A stretch of 64,000 nucleotides of DNA from Rhina ancylostomus (taxonomy: Eukaryota), in assembly GCA_030265395.1 (NCBI GenBank), contig JARFYF010000029.1, positions 15,954,842-16,018,841 on the forward strand. The letters are read 5' to 3'. Numbering within the stretch: position 1 is the stretch's first letter; the number at the start of each line of letters is the position of its first letter. Of the stretch, positions 52,602 to 64,000 are shown piece after piece. The notes under the pieces are model-generated. The model was not told the DNA's origin and did no database searches. It saw only the letters and a program-made list of their open reading frames with translations. A program made the translations under genes and the position numbers.

Positions 52602-52776
52602 CTCATCTTCTGCATCAGGAGCAGAGGCATATTTCAACACTGCCATGCATTTCTCTATGAAGCAGGCTGCCAAAAATTGCATTAGTCTGACAGGAACCGC
52701 TAGATCGTCACTACCAGCTTGAGACTCCTGATTCTTGTCACTCAGCTTTGCGGATATTAGTTCCAAGATGATAATC
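52602..52776 (-). CDS. ATXN10: Ataxin-10 internal coding exon (equivalent to exon 7), 175 bp, phase 2 to phase 0
   Basis: Acceptor CTTTTGTTGCAG|G, donor GATGAG|GTAGGG. Translates IIILELISAKLSDKNQESQAGSDDLAVPVRLMQFLAACFIEKCMAVLKYASAPDAEDE, compare human VTLLDLMIAKIT...FVDQCKTVLKLASEEPPDDE. Confidence 0.94.
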
Positions 52777-54221
52777 CTGCAACAAAAGATCATAGGCACC
52801 AGTGTTGCTACTGTGCAAAAATTTCACAATACTGAAATTTATAAAAAAATCATTTCAAAATTAGTGTCAATAAAATATATATTAAGGGGTAGGGGATGCA
52901 GATGACAGACTACATGAATATACCAGAAAACACTCTTCTACACTTGAGCAGGGTACCACGTCATACAGCGATCTTGTGTCGATCCTTGTTGTCACGGTCA
53001 CTCTAGCTCTTCCCAAGCCGCCACATACAATGCCAGAATCAGTGTCAAAGGTCACAGGAGTGTGCCTGGTAATTCAGATCCTTGAACTGTTGGTAAATTA
53101 TGCTTCACTGCAGAATGTTCTAATTAATAATTATTGACCCAGATTTTGTAGCAATAATGATGGAGAAACTATCGGAGGTCGCTGCTGTTACACCATGAAA
53201 GTTACATCAAGGATTTTTGCCATTATGTAATAAGACTGACAGTAACTTTGGGATGTCCATGTATACATTGTTTAATACAGCGATTCAGCAATCCTACAGT
53301 TTGGCAATTTTGCAATCTTCTCCACTGCACTCAAGGGAAAGTGATGAAACGTGAATATTCTGGGTATTTCTGAATTAGTTATGCTTTCTCACAAAGCCCA
53401 AGTTTTTAAAATCATGCACTAAGCTATAATTATTGCTTAGCAAACATTTTAGCCCCAAAGATACTTTTGTTTGTACATTAATTTATTCAGACAAATATTA
53501 AGATAATTACTTTTTTAAAAAAAAGCTTATGACGTTTTAGTTTCTACCGTAACTGTTTGAGTACCTTCCTTTTTTATATAAAAAAAGCACTCTGTAAGAT
53601 GTTTAAAATATTAACTAAGAATTTCCTTTCTACTTTGCTGTATCGAAGAATTCTTTAACCTTCAGCCAGTTTAATGACATCACTGCTGCTGGATCAAAGA
53701 GATCCACTGAATTGTTGCCCGATGTCATTTGGTGTTGGAAGTGAAGAAGTCTGTGCAACAGAACTCACTGGATCTTTAGAAATTCAAATGAGTGGTCAGT
53801 ACCATGATTTCACCATTGGTCATAAAGTCCAGACCACTGTTCTAGGGATACAGCTTCTTGCATCCAATGAATAACAACAAAAACACAGAATTTCCATGCT
53901 AATCTGGTGGCTGGCTATCAATTTCTGGAGTGGTTTGTCCTGTCTGTTACCCACTTAGAACAAAGGTATTAAATTACACATTCCAAGGCCAGCCCAATTC
54001 AAGCAGTGAGTTTCCCTGAAGGCACCAAGGTATACCTCTAACCATGATACGTTAACAGCACACTTTTTCCAATAAACCAGGAATAGCTTGCAAGGATTTG
54101 ATCATTTTGTTTATATAAAATGTAGTTAAAGTGACAATGATATTTAGAGCAATAATGTTTTGAATAGCTAAGACCAAAGATTTAAGAAACAATGACAATC
54201 AAAACTACATTTTTAACCTAC

Positions 54222-54302
54222 CTTTCTTGATTGTTCCATTTTGTGTACATAGCAGACACTAAATCTGGACATTTCAGAAACTGCTCTGTTACAATAAGAA
54301 AC
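54222..54302 (-). CDS. ATXN10: Ataxin-10 internal coding exon (equivalent to exon 6), 81 bp, phase 2 to phase 2
   Basis: Acceptor TTCTCTCTCCAG|G, donor GAAAG|GTAGGT. Translates FLIVTEQFLKCPDLVSAMYTKWNNQE(R), matching human LIITDLFLKSPELVQAMFPKLNNQER. In frame with flanking exons; too short for the ORF track. Confidence 0.95.
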
Positions 54303-55299
54303 CTGGAGAGAGAATATTAAACTTCTGTTCAGCAACACATTTATCAATGATATTCCTTTACTACAGCCAAGGCAGTAGTACTCAATTCAATACAATGCCT
54401 TTCCTGATAAACACTTAATGTACATTGCTAAAACAAATACAGACACAAAGTTAAAAAAAGTGTTAATAATGTCCTTTATCTCTTGGAAAATCTTTTGTAA
54501 AGTTTGATTTTCAAAGTTCATAGAAATTCAAAGTAATTTAAAAATGAAATAAAACTGATTTGTTGGCCCCTAAAATTCCACCTTTGCTTCAAATTTTCTG
54601 ACCAAATGAATGTTTAAAATATAGCCATTTGGCTGGGGAAGCAATAATAATTTGATGTCAAGGTTGTGCTGCCACTAGAATATGTTTGGGCAGGTGTGAC
54701 ATGAGAAGTAGGACTTTCATTAATTTGCAGGGTTTTGAAGGTGTATGATGGGGGTTTCATATGGGTGCATGGGTTTTATTTTTAAGGTACTTGACAGTAG
54801 GAGTGCTTCATCTGCAAACAGTAGTAAATGTACAAGTTGGAATAATTTTGAATATCAAAATCTTTAATTAAAATATATTTGTTATCACCAAGCTTCTCCT
54901 ACAATGCTTTCATTTAAAGTCCAACAATAATTAATAGCCTTTTCTGTTTACAAAAATAGCTCCAGGTTCATTCAATCATTACCATATATACAGCCCATCA
55001 CTCCCTGCCCCTTTGGGAAGTTCACGATCTGGGTAAATTTGCAGGCCCACATCTTCTAATACTCTCTATTTAGGGAGATGAAATTATGTCCTTTTGAGTC
55101 CAGTATTTCCATCACATCACAAATGCAGAGTTTGTATTGGAAACTGCAGGATGTGGCATGAATTAGCCACAATTGCTTGGAATGAGTCAGAAGCCATGCA
55201 TTCCAGGTTCATCTGAGCAGTCCATGGAACGCAACTTGCAGAAGTCTTGCAGATCTCAGTTACCACTACCTTTAAAAATCTTAGTTGTTTTCAAAAGTT

Positions 55300-55720
55300 T
55301 TATTTATTGGACATGGACACTACTGGTAAGGCCAGCTTTTATTGCCCATTTCCAACTGCCCTCAAGGTGGGGGTGTAGAGTCACTTTCTTGATCCACTGT
55401 GAGTCCTTCACCATAAGAGTTGCTGAACCGTGGGCAAGGAGTTCCAGGAAATGGACGCAGTTATGAAGAAGAAACATTTCCAAGTCAGGATGGTATGTTA
55501 ATGGAACAGGAACTTTCAAGTAGTGGCATTCATACACCTCTTGATCTTTTTGGTGGTAGAGGCTGCAAGCCTTGGAGAGATGCTATTGGAGAAGCCTTGG
55601 TAAGCAACTATAGTGCATTTTCTACCAGTACACATTATAGCCATGGTGTGCAAATGGGGGGGGGGGGGGTGAATATTTAGGGTGCTGGATGGGTGCCAGT
55701 CATGCAGACTGCTTGGTCTG
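55300..55720 (-). mobile_element. CR1-group LINE 3-prime end
   Basis: CTGGTAAGGCCAGCTTTTATTGCCCAT...GGAGTTCCAGGA...ATTTCCAAGTCAGGATGGT, the recalled elasmobranch CR1-like terminus. Confidence 0.65.
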
Positions 55721-56834
55721 TTATTCTACCTATTCATATTAAATATTTATTGGTAGAGGCTGGAGTATTGATCCAGTCTCTTGGGGGACAACAGCACATT
55801 AAACAAGTAACAGAAGTTAACTGGTCTTCTCTACTGGTAAACTGGATGCCTTAGCTATTAAGCAATAGCTCTCCTGAACCACAAGGGAAGACAATGCATT
55901 TCTATTACTGGATTACTGGTAAGTAATTCTGATGATTTCTCATTGGGATGGTATAATAACTTGTAAGCAAGTTGTAAGTTGTGCAAGTTAAATTGATCAA
56001 AATGGAAAAAAACTGTTTACATCTATTGTTCAAAATAAATTGATTGGAACTGTATTATCTACAGTATTATTTAAATACTGGCCCATGCCAGTATTTAAAC
56101 TGAATAATTACTAATTATAAAAGAAAGCATAACAACTCACTCATTGATGGTTGTGTACTAGCAAACAGTTGAGCAGAAGTATGAAAAAAAAATCTAACTT
56201 TGGAAACAACCTTAAACACTCTGGAGGTACAATTTTACATGTACCGATTAAAAGACTTTGTATAGAGAAAAAAGCAACAATACAGTTTAGAGGAATATGG
56301 GCCAAATGGTACTAGCTCAGGTAGACATCTTGGTTAGCACTGATGAGTTGAGCCAAAGGACACTGTACAACTCTTTGATACTTCTCAGTTCACTATTTTG
56401 TAATGAATGGTTTGATGTACTGAATTTGGAGTACCTAGAGTCAGTACCACACTGCTAAGTATCTACACCTCCCTTCGTGTACTGAACCAGAACTTGCTTG
56501 GAAGTACAGAAACACAAGAACTAGAAGCAGAAGGCAGCCAATCAATGCCTTTATTTCCTTTATATGGAATTCTCAGGGGGAAAATCAGATGGATCATCCA
56601 TGTAGCCTCATCTTGAGCATTTACAACCAGAGTTTTTTTCCAGATGTTTCACGAGAAACAAACATTGACCTTCTGGACCTCCTGCAAGAAGCATAATAAT
56701 GTGAAAAGCACTGCCATTAGACTGGACCTCATCATCAAGAATCAAGGCAGCATTTACCAGCAAGTCAACAGCAGTAGATCCACAAAAGGTCAAAGATATA
56801 CTTACCATATAGGTCAGTGACAATTGCAGGCAGA

Positions 56835-57400
56835 TTTGTAGAGCACATAAACAGCCCCTTTGGCCCAACTCATCCATGCTGACCATAATGCCAATATACA
56901 CTAATCCCATTTGCCTGCATTAGATCCATATCCCTCTACTCCTTTCCTATCCAAACACTTGTCCAAATGCCTTTTNNNNNNNNNNTCCACCCTCTCACTT
57001 TAAACCTATTCACACTAGTTTTAAACTTCCCTACCCTAGGAAAAAGACTGTCTACCATGAATATGCCCCTCATGATTTTATAAACCTCTAATAAGAACAC
57101 CCCTCAGCCTCCTACATTCCAGTAAGAATAAACTCCAATCCCTCCTTGTAACAATAGCCCTCCACGCCTAGTAACACCTTGGTAAATCTCTTCAACATTC
57201 TTTCTAACACTGCCACATCCTTCCAGAACTGTACAGCCTAACATATGTTTTGTACTAATAACAATGTGACATCAATTCCTGTACTCATTGCCTTGGCCAA
57301 TGAAGGCAAACAATCAACCTCCCTCACTACCTTATCCAACTGAGTTGCCATTTTCAGGGAGCTATAAATTTGCACCCCAAGGTTCCCCTGTACATCAAAT
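56835..57400 (-). mobile_element. CR1 (HER1-like) LINE 3-prime portion
   Basis: ACAGCCCCTTTGGCCCAACTCATCCATGCTGACC...CTAATCCCATTTGCCTGCATTAGATCCATATCCCTCT...CCCTCATGATTTTATAAACCTCT...CCCCTCAGCCTCCT. Confidence 0.85.
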
Positions 57401-57544
57401 TGTAGGAGCATACTCCTGACGAGTTCCGGCTCTTCATGTATAAAAATTGTTCACACACATCTGGGAATGCATCTATCATAGTGCAATGCCAGTTCCTCAT
57501 AAATCTTATCAGAATTTTATCAGATTGGCATCTCCCTTCCCAAT

Positions 57545-57900
57545 GACCCGACCCCCTCGTCCTTCACACTCCCTCCCACAGCTCGGCCCTTCCCAGCTCC
57601 CGCCCGCTCACCTCCCGGCGTCGCCTGGAGCTCCACAGCCCGTGTGCCAAGCCGGCCGGCCGCAGAAGAAGGGCGAGCCGCCGCCTGTGGACTAGCACAC
57701 CGCAGCGTAACGGCGCCCACAGCAGCGCCATCTTAGGCAACGGCCCGCTGCATGGTGGGAACGGCGCTCCTCCACGTGACTCCGGGGCTGAGAGCTGCGG
57801 GGAGGGCGAGTGCTCGCAGCAGCAGCAGCCCTGTGCTGGGAGGCTGCAGACTGGTGTCAAATGCAGCATGGTAGCTGGGAGATGTTCTTCACGGCGTTGT
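57545..57900 (-). promoter_or_regulatory. Isolated CpG island and candidate internal promoter in ATXN10 intron 5
   Basis: Only strongly GC- and CpG-rich stretch in the window. YY1-type AAGATGGCG (57726-57734, minus), E-box GTCACGTGG (CACGTG at 57773-57778), RFX-like half-site GTTGCCTAA (57733-57741), GC box GGGCGGGAG (about 57597-57605). Confidence 0.7.
57612..57731 (-). CDS. Candidate first coding exon (120 bp, phase 0) encoding MALLWAPLRCGVLVHRRRLALLLRPAGLAHGLWSSRRRRE, a mitochondrial-presequence-like peptide
   Basis: ATG in strong context (AAGATGG) within the CpG island; strong donor GGAG|GTGAGC; 9 Arg and one acidic residue in 40 aa. The downstream partner exon is not established. Confidence 0.5.
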
Positions 57901-57920
57901 TTCTGGGACAAATAACACAC

Positions 57921-58490
57921 AGCATTATTACTGGTCGAAGCATTACAACTGGGAGAATAAAACTTAGAACATTATGACTGGGAGAAAAATGTATAAAACA
58001 TTATTGCTGGGTACAGTGGTAAGAGTATTATAACTGCTTGAAATAATAGATCATTATAAATGGGAAATAATGTTTAGAACATTATTGCTGGGTATAGTAT
58101 TAAGTATTATTACTGCTAGAAATAATAGACGCTTACAACTGGGAGAATGATGCTTAAAACACTATTACTGGGAGAAAAGTGTTTGAACATTGTTGGGTAT
58201 GGTAGTAAGAGTATTATTACTGCTAGAAATAATTGGGAGAGAGATACTCAGATCAAAATTGCTAGCAGCAATAATGTTCAGAGCATATAAGAAACTACTC
58301 AGCATTATGACTGGTGAAATTTCTGATTGTCAACAATAATACATCACTATTGATAAATTACACACAGCGTAATTACTGAGAAAAATACTAATACTGCTAC
58401 TAGAAGGTATTATTACTGACAGTAATAATTAAGACCATTATTACTGGTAGCAACACGATGTAGAACAACAGTAGTGACAGTATTGCAGTA
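57921..58490. repeat. Degenerate AT-rich minisatellite, about 25-30 bp unit, with higher-order structure
   Basis: Repeated core CATTATTACTGG variants, e.g. cattatgactgggagaaaaatgtataaaa, cattattgctgggtacagtggtaagag, tattattactgctagaaataatagac. Confidence 0.85.
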
Positions 58491-59039
58491 TTTCTTCAAG
58501 GCGGTTTTGAGCNNNNNNNNNNNNNNNNNNNNNNNNNNNNNNNNNNNNNNNNNNNNNNNNNNNNNNNNNNNNNNNNNNNNNNNNNNNNNNNNNNNNNNNN
58601 NNNNNNNNNNNNATCATTTAGTCATTGTTTTATGAAGATTACGTTATAACATTTTAAACAATAGATTTCTGTTTCTGAGCCCTGATGCAGTATAGAATTC
58701 CAAAAGTCACAGCTCTGAGGTAAAAGCAATACATACACGGTTGGTGATAATAAACAAGGAATTCTGGAGGAATAGAATGCCCATTTTTTAAATATAATGG
58801 TAGCTCAATACAACCAAACCAACAAGGGCTTAATAAAAGAACAGTGCCAGTATGTTTAATAGGCAAGTAATGTGTCCTAGACAAGTACTTTGTAGTAGGC
58901 TATTTGCCAGAGCTGGCACAATACATGCTTTGTACCATTTTAAGGAAATGGAGTTGAGGACTATATAATAACTTTAAAAATTGCTGATCACATTGATGCC
59001 AAAAGGCTATCAGCACATTGTAAAATACAGAAGAATTGA

Positions 59040-60250
59040 TCCTGAAATCAAGCATTTACAAGGCTCAATTGCAGAGGAGTTTGGTTATCAGTGTCACCAG
59101 TTCTGGAGCACAGATCTTCAGATGTGATCTGTTTCCATTAGCCTTTGTTGTCCAATGCTCTTGGCCCTTTCTTGATATCATGTGCAGTGAATCAAATTGG
59201 TTTTAAGATCAACTTCTGTCTTAGTGTAGTTCTCATGAGGAAGCCAAAAAGGATCATACACATTAGTCTCTGGCTATAGTCTCATCTTGAGCATTTACTA
59301 GCTAGGCCCTACCATCAATAAGAATAGGAATGTTCTTGGATCCTCCTCCTCCTATTCGTGATTTGATGTTCACTACCAGGTGAGGCCAGACTACAGAACT
59401 TTGATCTAATCTATTGGTTGTGGGAATGCTTAACTGTCTACTGCATCCTATTTTTCCCCCATATGTAGTCCTCATTTTTAATGTGTGCCTGGTGATGCTC
59501 CTAGCATGATCTTCTGCACTCCACATTGAATTAGGTTGATCCCCTGGCCAGAGAGTACTGGTGAAGTAAGAGACATACTAGTGTCACAAAATTGTGGTGT
59601 AAATTTTTGCTAATAAGCATCTCATAGATATTCAGTGTTGAACTGCTCAAACCTGTTCTGACTCTATCCGATTTAGCACAATGGCAGTGCCACACAATAT
59701 GATGGAGGGAATCTTCATTATTAAGGTTGGACTGTCTCCACAAAAGTGGGTGGTCACTTTTACCAATGTTATCATAGACAGATGCATTTGTCATGGGTAG
59801 ATTGGCAAGGATAAGATCATGAAAGCTTAACCGTCATTCACAACCTGCTCAGACCCAGTCTGGCAGCGATATCCATCAAGAGTTAGCTAGTTTAAATATC
59901 AGAGTATATTCAGCGCCTTTACTACTTTTTCAATTCATCACTGAAAGGAAGTGAGTAATCAAGGTTTCTTTTTCTATGTTTGACATAAAACAATGCATCT
60001 TTTTGGATTCTGAAGTCAATGTTGAGGATTCCCAGAGTTATTCCCTCCCATCTGTACACTACTCCACTCACACACCTCTCCACTCATCCCCATCCTTCCT
60101 TTGGTGGGCCTCTCCTGACAGCGAGATAGGACATATCCCAACACTGTGAAGGAGTCTGGTATGTTGTTTGTAAGGTACAATTCTGTGAGGCTTTTGCAAT
60201 TTTTCAATACCAGTCCCATATATCTGTGAAGTAGACTTAGCAGCTTCAAC
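59040..60250 (-). mobile_element. Degenerate CR1-group LINE ORF2 fragment (endonuclease and linker)
   Basis: ASVYDNIGKSDH, VWHCHCAKSDRVRT and GGGGSKNIPILIDG blocks. Confidence 0.65.
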
Positions 60251-61429
60251 TTATATTAGTACCTGATTGATAGGGATTGTTGTGTGGTGGGTCACTTGCT
60301 CTGGAATTCTCACTACACAAACTGTTCAGAAGCATTCTTTGTAGGGGAGTCATTTCTTCCCCTTGCAGTGGCAGCATCCCTCATGCTGCTGATTGCAGAT
60401 GACACTGTACATGCTACCAACAAACATGGCATTAATCATGAAAAAATGTTTCTGATGCTGTGCAACAATTGGATGTTGAATGAGTGGAAACCTTTTCCAT
60501 TGATGAATAAGTTATCGAGTGAAGCCCTGTGAGCACACAAATGCAGACAAAGACCATACTCAAGGTATGCCAGAAATTTACCTCCTCCTTGCTGAAAACT
60601 GATGAAAATAAAGTCATCCCTCTAAGCAGAATGCCTGTGTGACCACTTGGTTACCTGGCAGAGAACTGTTGCAGTTTTTCAAATGATCTGGCGGCAAGGA
60701 AGTTGACAGCCAAGACAATCTTTATCTCTGTGGAGAGAATAAGGCCAGAGGTCTTCTCTGAGAAAGTCAAATTTCCTCTCCTTAAGAGGTCCAGAAAGGA
60801 AATGGTATTTACGAAGAGGCTCCACTTTGCTGGGCATGTGTACTATGTGATCCAAGGCCCTACTTCTGCAGGTAATATCTCCTGTTGTTGTGACTACTGA
60901 GGCCCCCATTTCACAAGTATTTGCCCACAAGTAAGTGCAGGATAACTCAAATCACAGAGTTTTAGCAGAAACTGGTGATGGTATTGGAACAACCTACAGC
61001 GAGTTCTGCTACTGCCATTCAGATGTCCTTCAAATCCAAGGCATTATTACAAAGTAGTGTGATGCACTCTCAGTTGAACTATATCCAAAAGCCCATGACA
61101 TCCTGTTAAAGCCAGAAATTGATGTTATACCCATTTTTGAGGTCACCTGCTGCATGAATCATATCAGGAAACCCTTTTCTGTGCAGAGGTGAATAGTACC
61201 CGAGTCAATTTTGTGATGGGTGATGGTTCCAGTGAAAATGGGCACAATCACTTTATGTACTACATAGATGTTATGAGCTGTGTGTGCATAAAAATCAGGT
61301 GCAATTGTTCCAATTTCTGGGGATTGTATCCTCTTCTCTTATATGCTGTTTTTAAATCCTTGCAGCCTCTCTCAATTTTAAATCCTGGGAGCCTTTCTCT
61401 CCCGTATTGTTTCTAATACCCAGAGCCTC

Positions 61430-62035
61430 TCGCTCTCTTAGGGACAAGAATGATTCACTTTTACTCCAGTTTTGTGCATTGTGAAGTGGCTAATGAGACC
61501 AATGTGGGAACTGTAGTCTCTTTCATAGAATGGCAGATGGGTGGGTAGTTTCTGAGGTAATCTACTCCTTCTATCACATATGCAGAGCCTCTGTGCTCCC
61601 AATGCATGGTCTTAATGATCTCAATATCACTTCAAATGATCCATCTCTACTTTGAGTGGTCATGGGCCTTAGATTCCCAGGAGTCAGTGGGGATGTTGCA
61701 TTTCTTCAAGGAGTCTTTCAATACATAACTGAATCTTTTTATCTGTCCTCCTGGTATTCTTTAGTCATGACAAAGCACAGAATAGATTGCCCATTTCCAG
61801 GCATGTGGACGACATGGCCTATCCAACATGGCTGACTGTGGGCATCAACAGTCTCCCTCTCCCCTGCACTGCCAAGACTACAACACCTCTTTTTTGTAGC
61901 ACCTCTATAACATTTTCTTTCTTTCACTGTTGTCTTCTTGCTGGGTTTTCTTGGGGAAAAAAGGGTTGCAAGTCCCAGTGTGCCTGTCTGTTTTTGAATC
62001 TGCAGAATGGCCTGCAAAATGGTTTTATGTGACAT
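61430..62035 (-). mobile_element. RTE-clade LINE 3-prime fragment
   Basis: CWIGHVVHMP (compare LRWAGHVVRMP) and RFSYVLKDSLKKCNIPTDSWESKAHD (compare RFKD.LK.SLKKC.I..DSWE..A.DR). Confidence 0.75.
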
Positions 62036-62337
62036 TTACTCCAGCAAGGAGTAATGGCTTCAATGAAGAAGGACAAGTTAGTAAAAGAGAAATAAAATAT
62101 GCTGATTTAGGAACTTCACCTTGATGAACAATAAAAAGTTCCAGAGAATGCTCAGAATCCTGTAACTAAAACCCACAAGGAAATTGGCTACTAATCAGTG
62201 CAGTACATATTAAGACCATAGAGAAATGGACTTAATAATGCCAAAGTTTTAGGGGATAGAATTGTAAGCTGCACACCGAGTCTTCTTGCTCAGGTGATTG
62301 AGAGAAAATGTTAAATGTTTCTTAAAAAAATACATAC

Positions 62338-62505
62338 GCCCAGTCCAGTTCTGGCTCTTTCCTGCAGATTTTGACAACAGTTTTAGCCAGTTCAATCCCT
62401 TTGGTGTGGTTGAGTAGATCCGCTGTTCTCTCACCATTAAGGCAGGTAAACAGAACCATGCAGCAATAGGTAATAGTTTTCTTATCCAAATGATTCAGAC
62501 AATTC
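62338..62505 (-). CDS. ATXN10: Ataxin-10 internal coding exon (equivalent to human exon 5), 168 bp, phase 2 to phase 2
   Basis: Acceptor TCTTTCCTAAG|G, donor TGGGC|GTATGT. Translates NCLNHLDKKTITYCCMVLFTCLNGERTADLLNHTKGIELAKTVVKICRKEPELDW, matching human SCLNHPDKKIVAYSSMILFTSLNHERM...HPESEWP as recalled. Confidence 0.95.
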
Positions 62506-62694
62506 CTTAGGAAAGATTGAAAACACAAATTTTAGATGCAGGTCCAAGAAAATCAATTAAAACCACATGCCCTACTTGCCAAATAAATCTCAAATTTATC
62601 AGCTGTAATATAAACCGGTCCAAGTTTTAAAAATGAGTAAAAGAAATAGCAACAGAGCAGAGACAACCATTTCATTCATATAAATTCACTGGAA

Positions 62695-62770
62695 TTCATC
62701 GCCATGATCGAATGGAAGAACAGATTTGATGGGCTGAATGGCCTAATTCTGCTCCTATGTCTCAGTCTTA
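62695..62770 (+). mobile_element. CR1 3-prime terminal fragment
   Basis: GCCATGATCGAATGG...GATGGGCTGAATGGCCTAATTCTGCTCCTATGTCT. Confidence 0.75.
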
Positions 62771-63077
62771 TTTAAATTTAACCTGTGACAAAATTATGAA
62801 AACAGAACATGAGTGTCTGTCAAGTAAAGAATAACAGGTACTCAAAATTAATATAGAGACCTTCATAAATTTCTTTGAAGGGAAACATTGCTCTATTGTC
62901 ATAAAAGTAGTATTTCCTTCTGAACTGTGAATCCCAACATGCGTCTTTTGGAAAATGTAACTTGTAACACTTTAATGAATACATAACCAGGCTTTCATTG
63001 ATGGAAAGTGTGTAATCAGAAAAAGGTGGCGCCTTGGGAAAAGGAAATATTTTGGTCAGCATGATATGAGATTTTAT

Positions 63078-63575
63078 TATAGAATCATAGTATGGTTACA
63101 GCATAGGTGGCGGCAATTTGGCACATGGTGTCTGTGCCAGCTCTCTACTAGAGAAAGTGACTAGTTTCACCTACTCTCCCTTTATCCAGACCACCGCAAA
63201 TTTTTCTTGACCATATATTTATCTAGCTTCCTCTTGAAAGCAAATATGGAACTTGTCTCCACCATATCAGCAGGCAATACATTCTAGATTCCAACCACAT
63301 GCTGCATTAAAAAATAAATTTCCTCATGCCACTTTTACTTTTCTTTTCCTTTATACCTGTGACTTCTAGTCATTGACCCCTCCAAAGGAAATAGCATCAA
63401 AGCATCCACTCTGTCCAGAACCTTCCTTCATCATAAGATATGCTTCCATCAAGTCTCGCCTTAGCCTTCTCTTAAGAAATAAATCGATCCTTGCAACTGT
63501 AGTCCCTCATCCCAAGAAACATTGCTCTACACCTTATCTGGATCCTCTCTGATACCTTCACATCCTTCCTATAAT
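63078..63575 (-). mobile_element. CR1 LINE 3-prime portion, degenerate
   Basis: ATAGAATCATAG...ACAGCATAGG...GTCTGTGCCAGCTCT...CAGGCAATACATTCTAGAT...AACCAC...AAATTTCCTCATG. Confidence 0.7.
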
Positions 63576-64000
63576 GCTCATTCAAAATCAATTAAAAACT
63601 TTAACCCAGTGTACACAATACAGAAATTTAAATAAAGGTGGACAATAAGCTATTTGTAGGGCATTCGATATAAATTAGCAAATGCCATTGACTTTCAAAT
63701 CAACAAAATGAAATTAACGACAAGGGCAAGGGTGGGAAATAAATACTGAACAGGGAGATGGTCACAGATCCAAACCAGCACACATGGACACGTTTTTAAG
63801 GCAGTCATTACATTTTAATAATCAAGGAAATGGTTTAATAGAAAAACTGCCAGAGTACAAAGCTTTCAGGCTGCAGTGGAGCAGGAAGATTCCAGGCACT
63901 GGAATTTACAGCCCGAGGAGATTTCAAACATTGGATATGATGCACTATACCAAAAATGAAGCAGTCTTATCTTCAGTGACAGAGGTCAGGTTAATTCACT

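Noticed and set aside
57921-58490. Repeat array as a CRISPR locus
   Set aside because: Units are degenerate and contiguous with no unique spacers, no cas genes, vertebrate context.
62920-62965. Two inverted ZNF143/SBS-like motifs
   Set aside because: Several mismatches to ACTACAATTCCCAG and no CpG island or promoter context.

Overview
Vertebrate nuclear DNA, AT-rich and CpG-poor, from a draft assembly with about 15 N-gaps. The repeat content (HE1-like V-SINEs, SacSINE1-like DeuSINEs, CR1, L2, Rex1/Babar, RTE and Penelope-like relics) points to a cartilaginous fish, probably a ray or other batoid. The only recognisable gene is ataxin-10 (ATXN10) on the minus strand. Five internal coding exons (equivalent to human exons 5-9: 62338-62505, 54222-54302, 52602-52776, 48384-48492, 45016-45185) have GT-AG boundaries and splice into one open frame. 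I found no exon 10, so 1-45015 appears to be intron 9; exons 1-4 lie beyond the right edge. Almost all ORFs in the supplied track are chance ORFs or decayed retroelements, and there is no prokaryotic-type system (no CRISPR, operon, rRNA or tRNA gene). The most unusual signal is an isolated CpG island inside intron 5 (about 57545-57900). It looks like a housekeeping promoter plus a first exon encoding a 40-aa Arg-rich, mitochondrial-presequence-like peptide, suggesting an undescribed ATXN10 isoform or a nested gene. Secondary signals are Penelope terminal repeats with decayed hammerhead-ribozyme-like cores, a rearranged Rex1 copy with a templated-insertion scar, a perfect 23-bp hairpin and a higher-order minisatellite. 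Repeat family calls come from recalled consensus motifs rather than a database search, and repeat boundaries are approximate.
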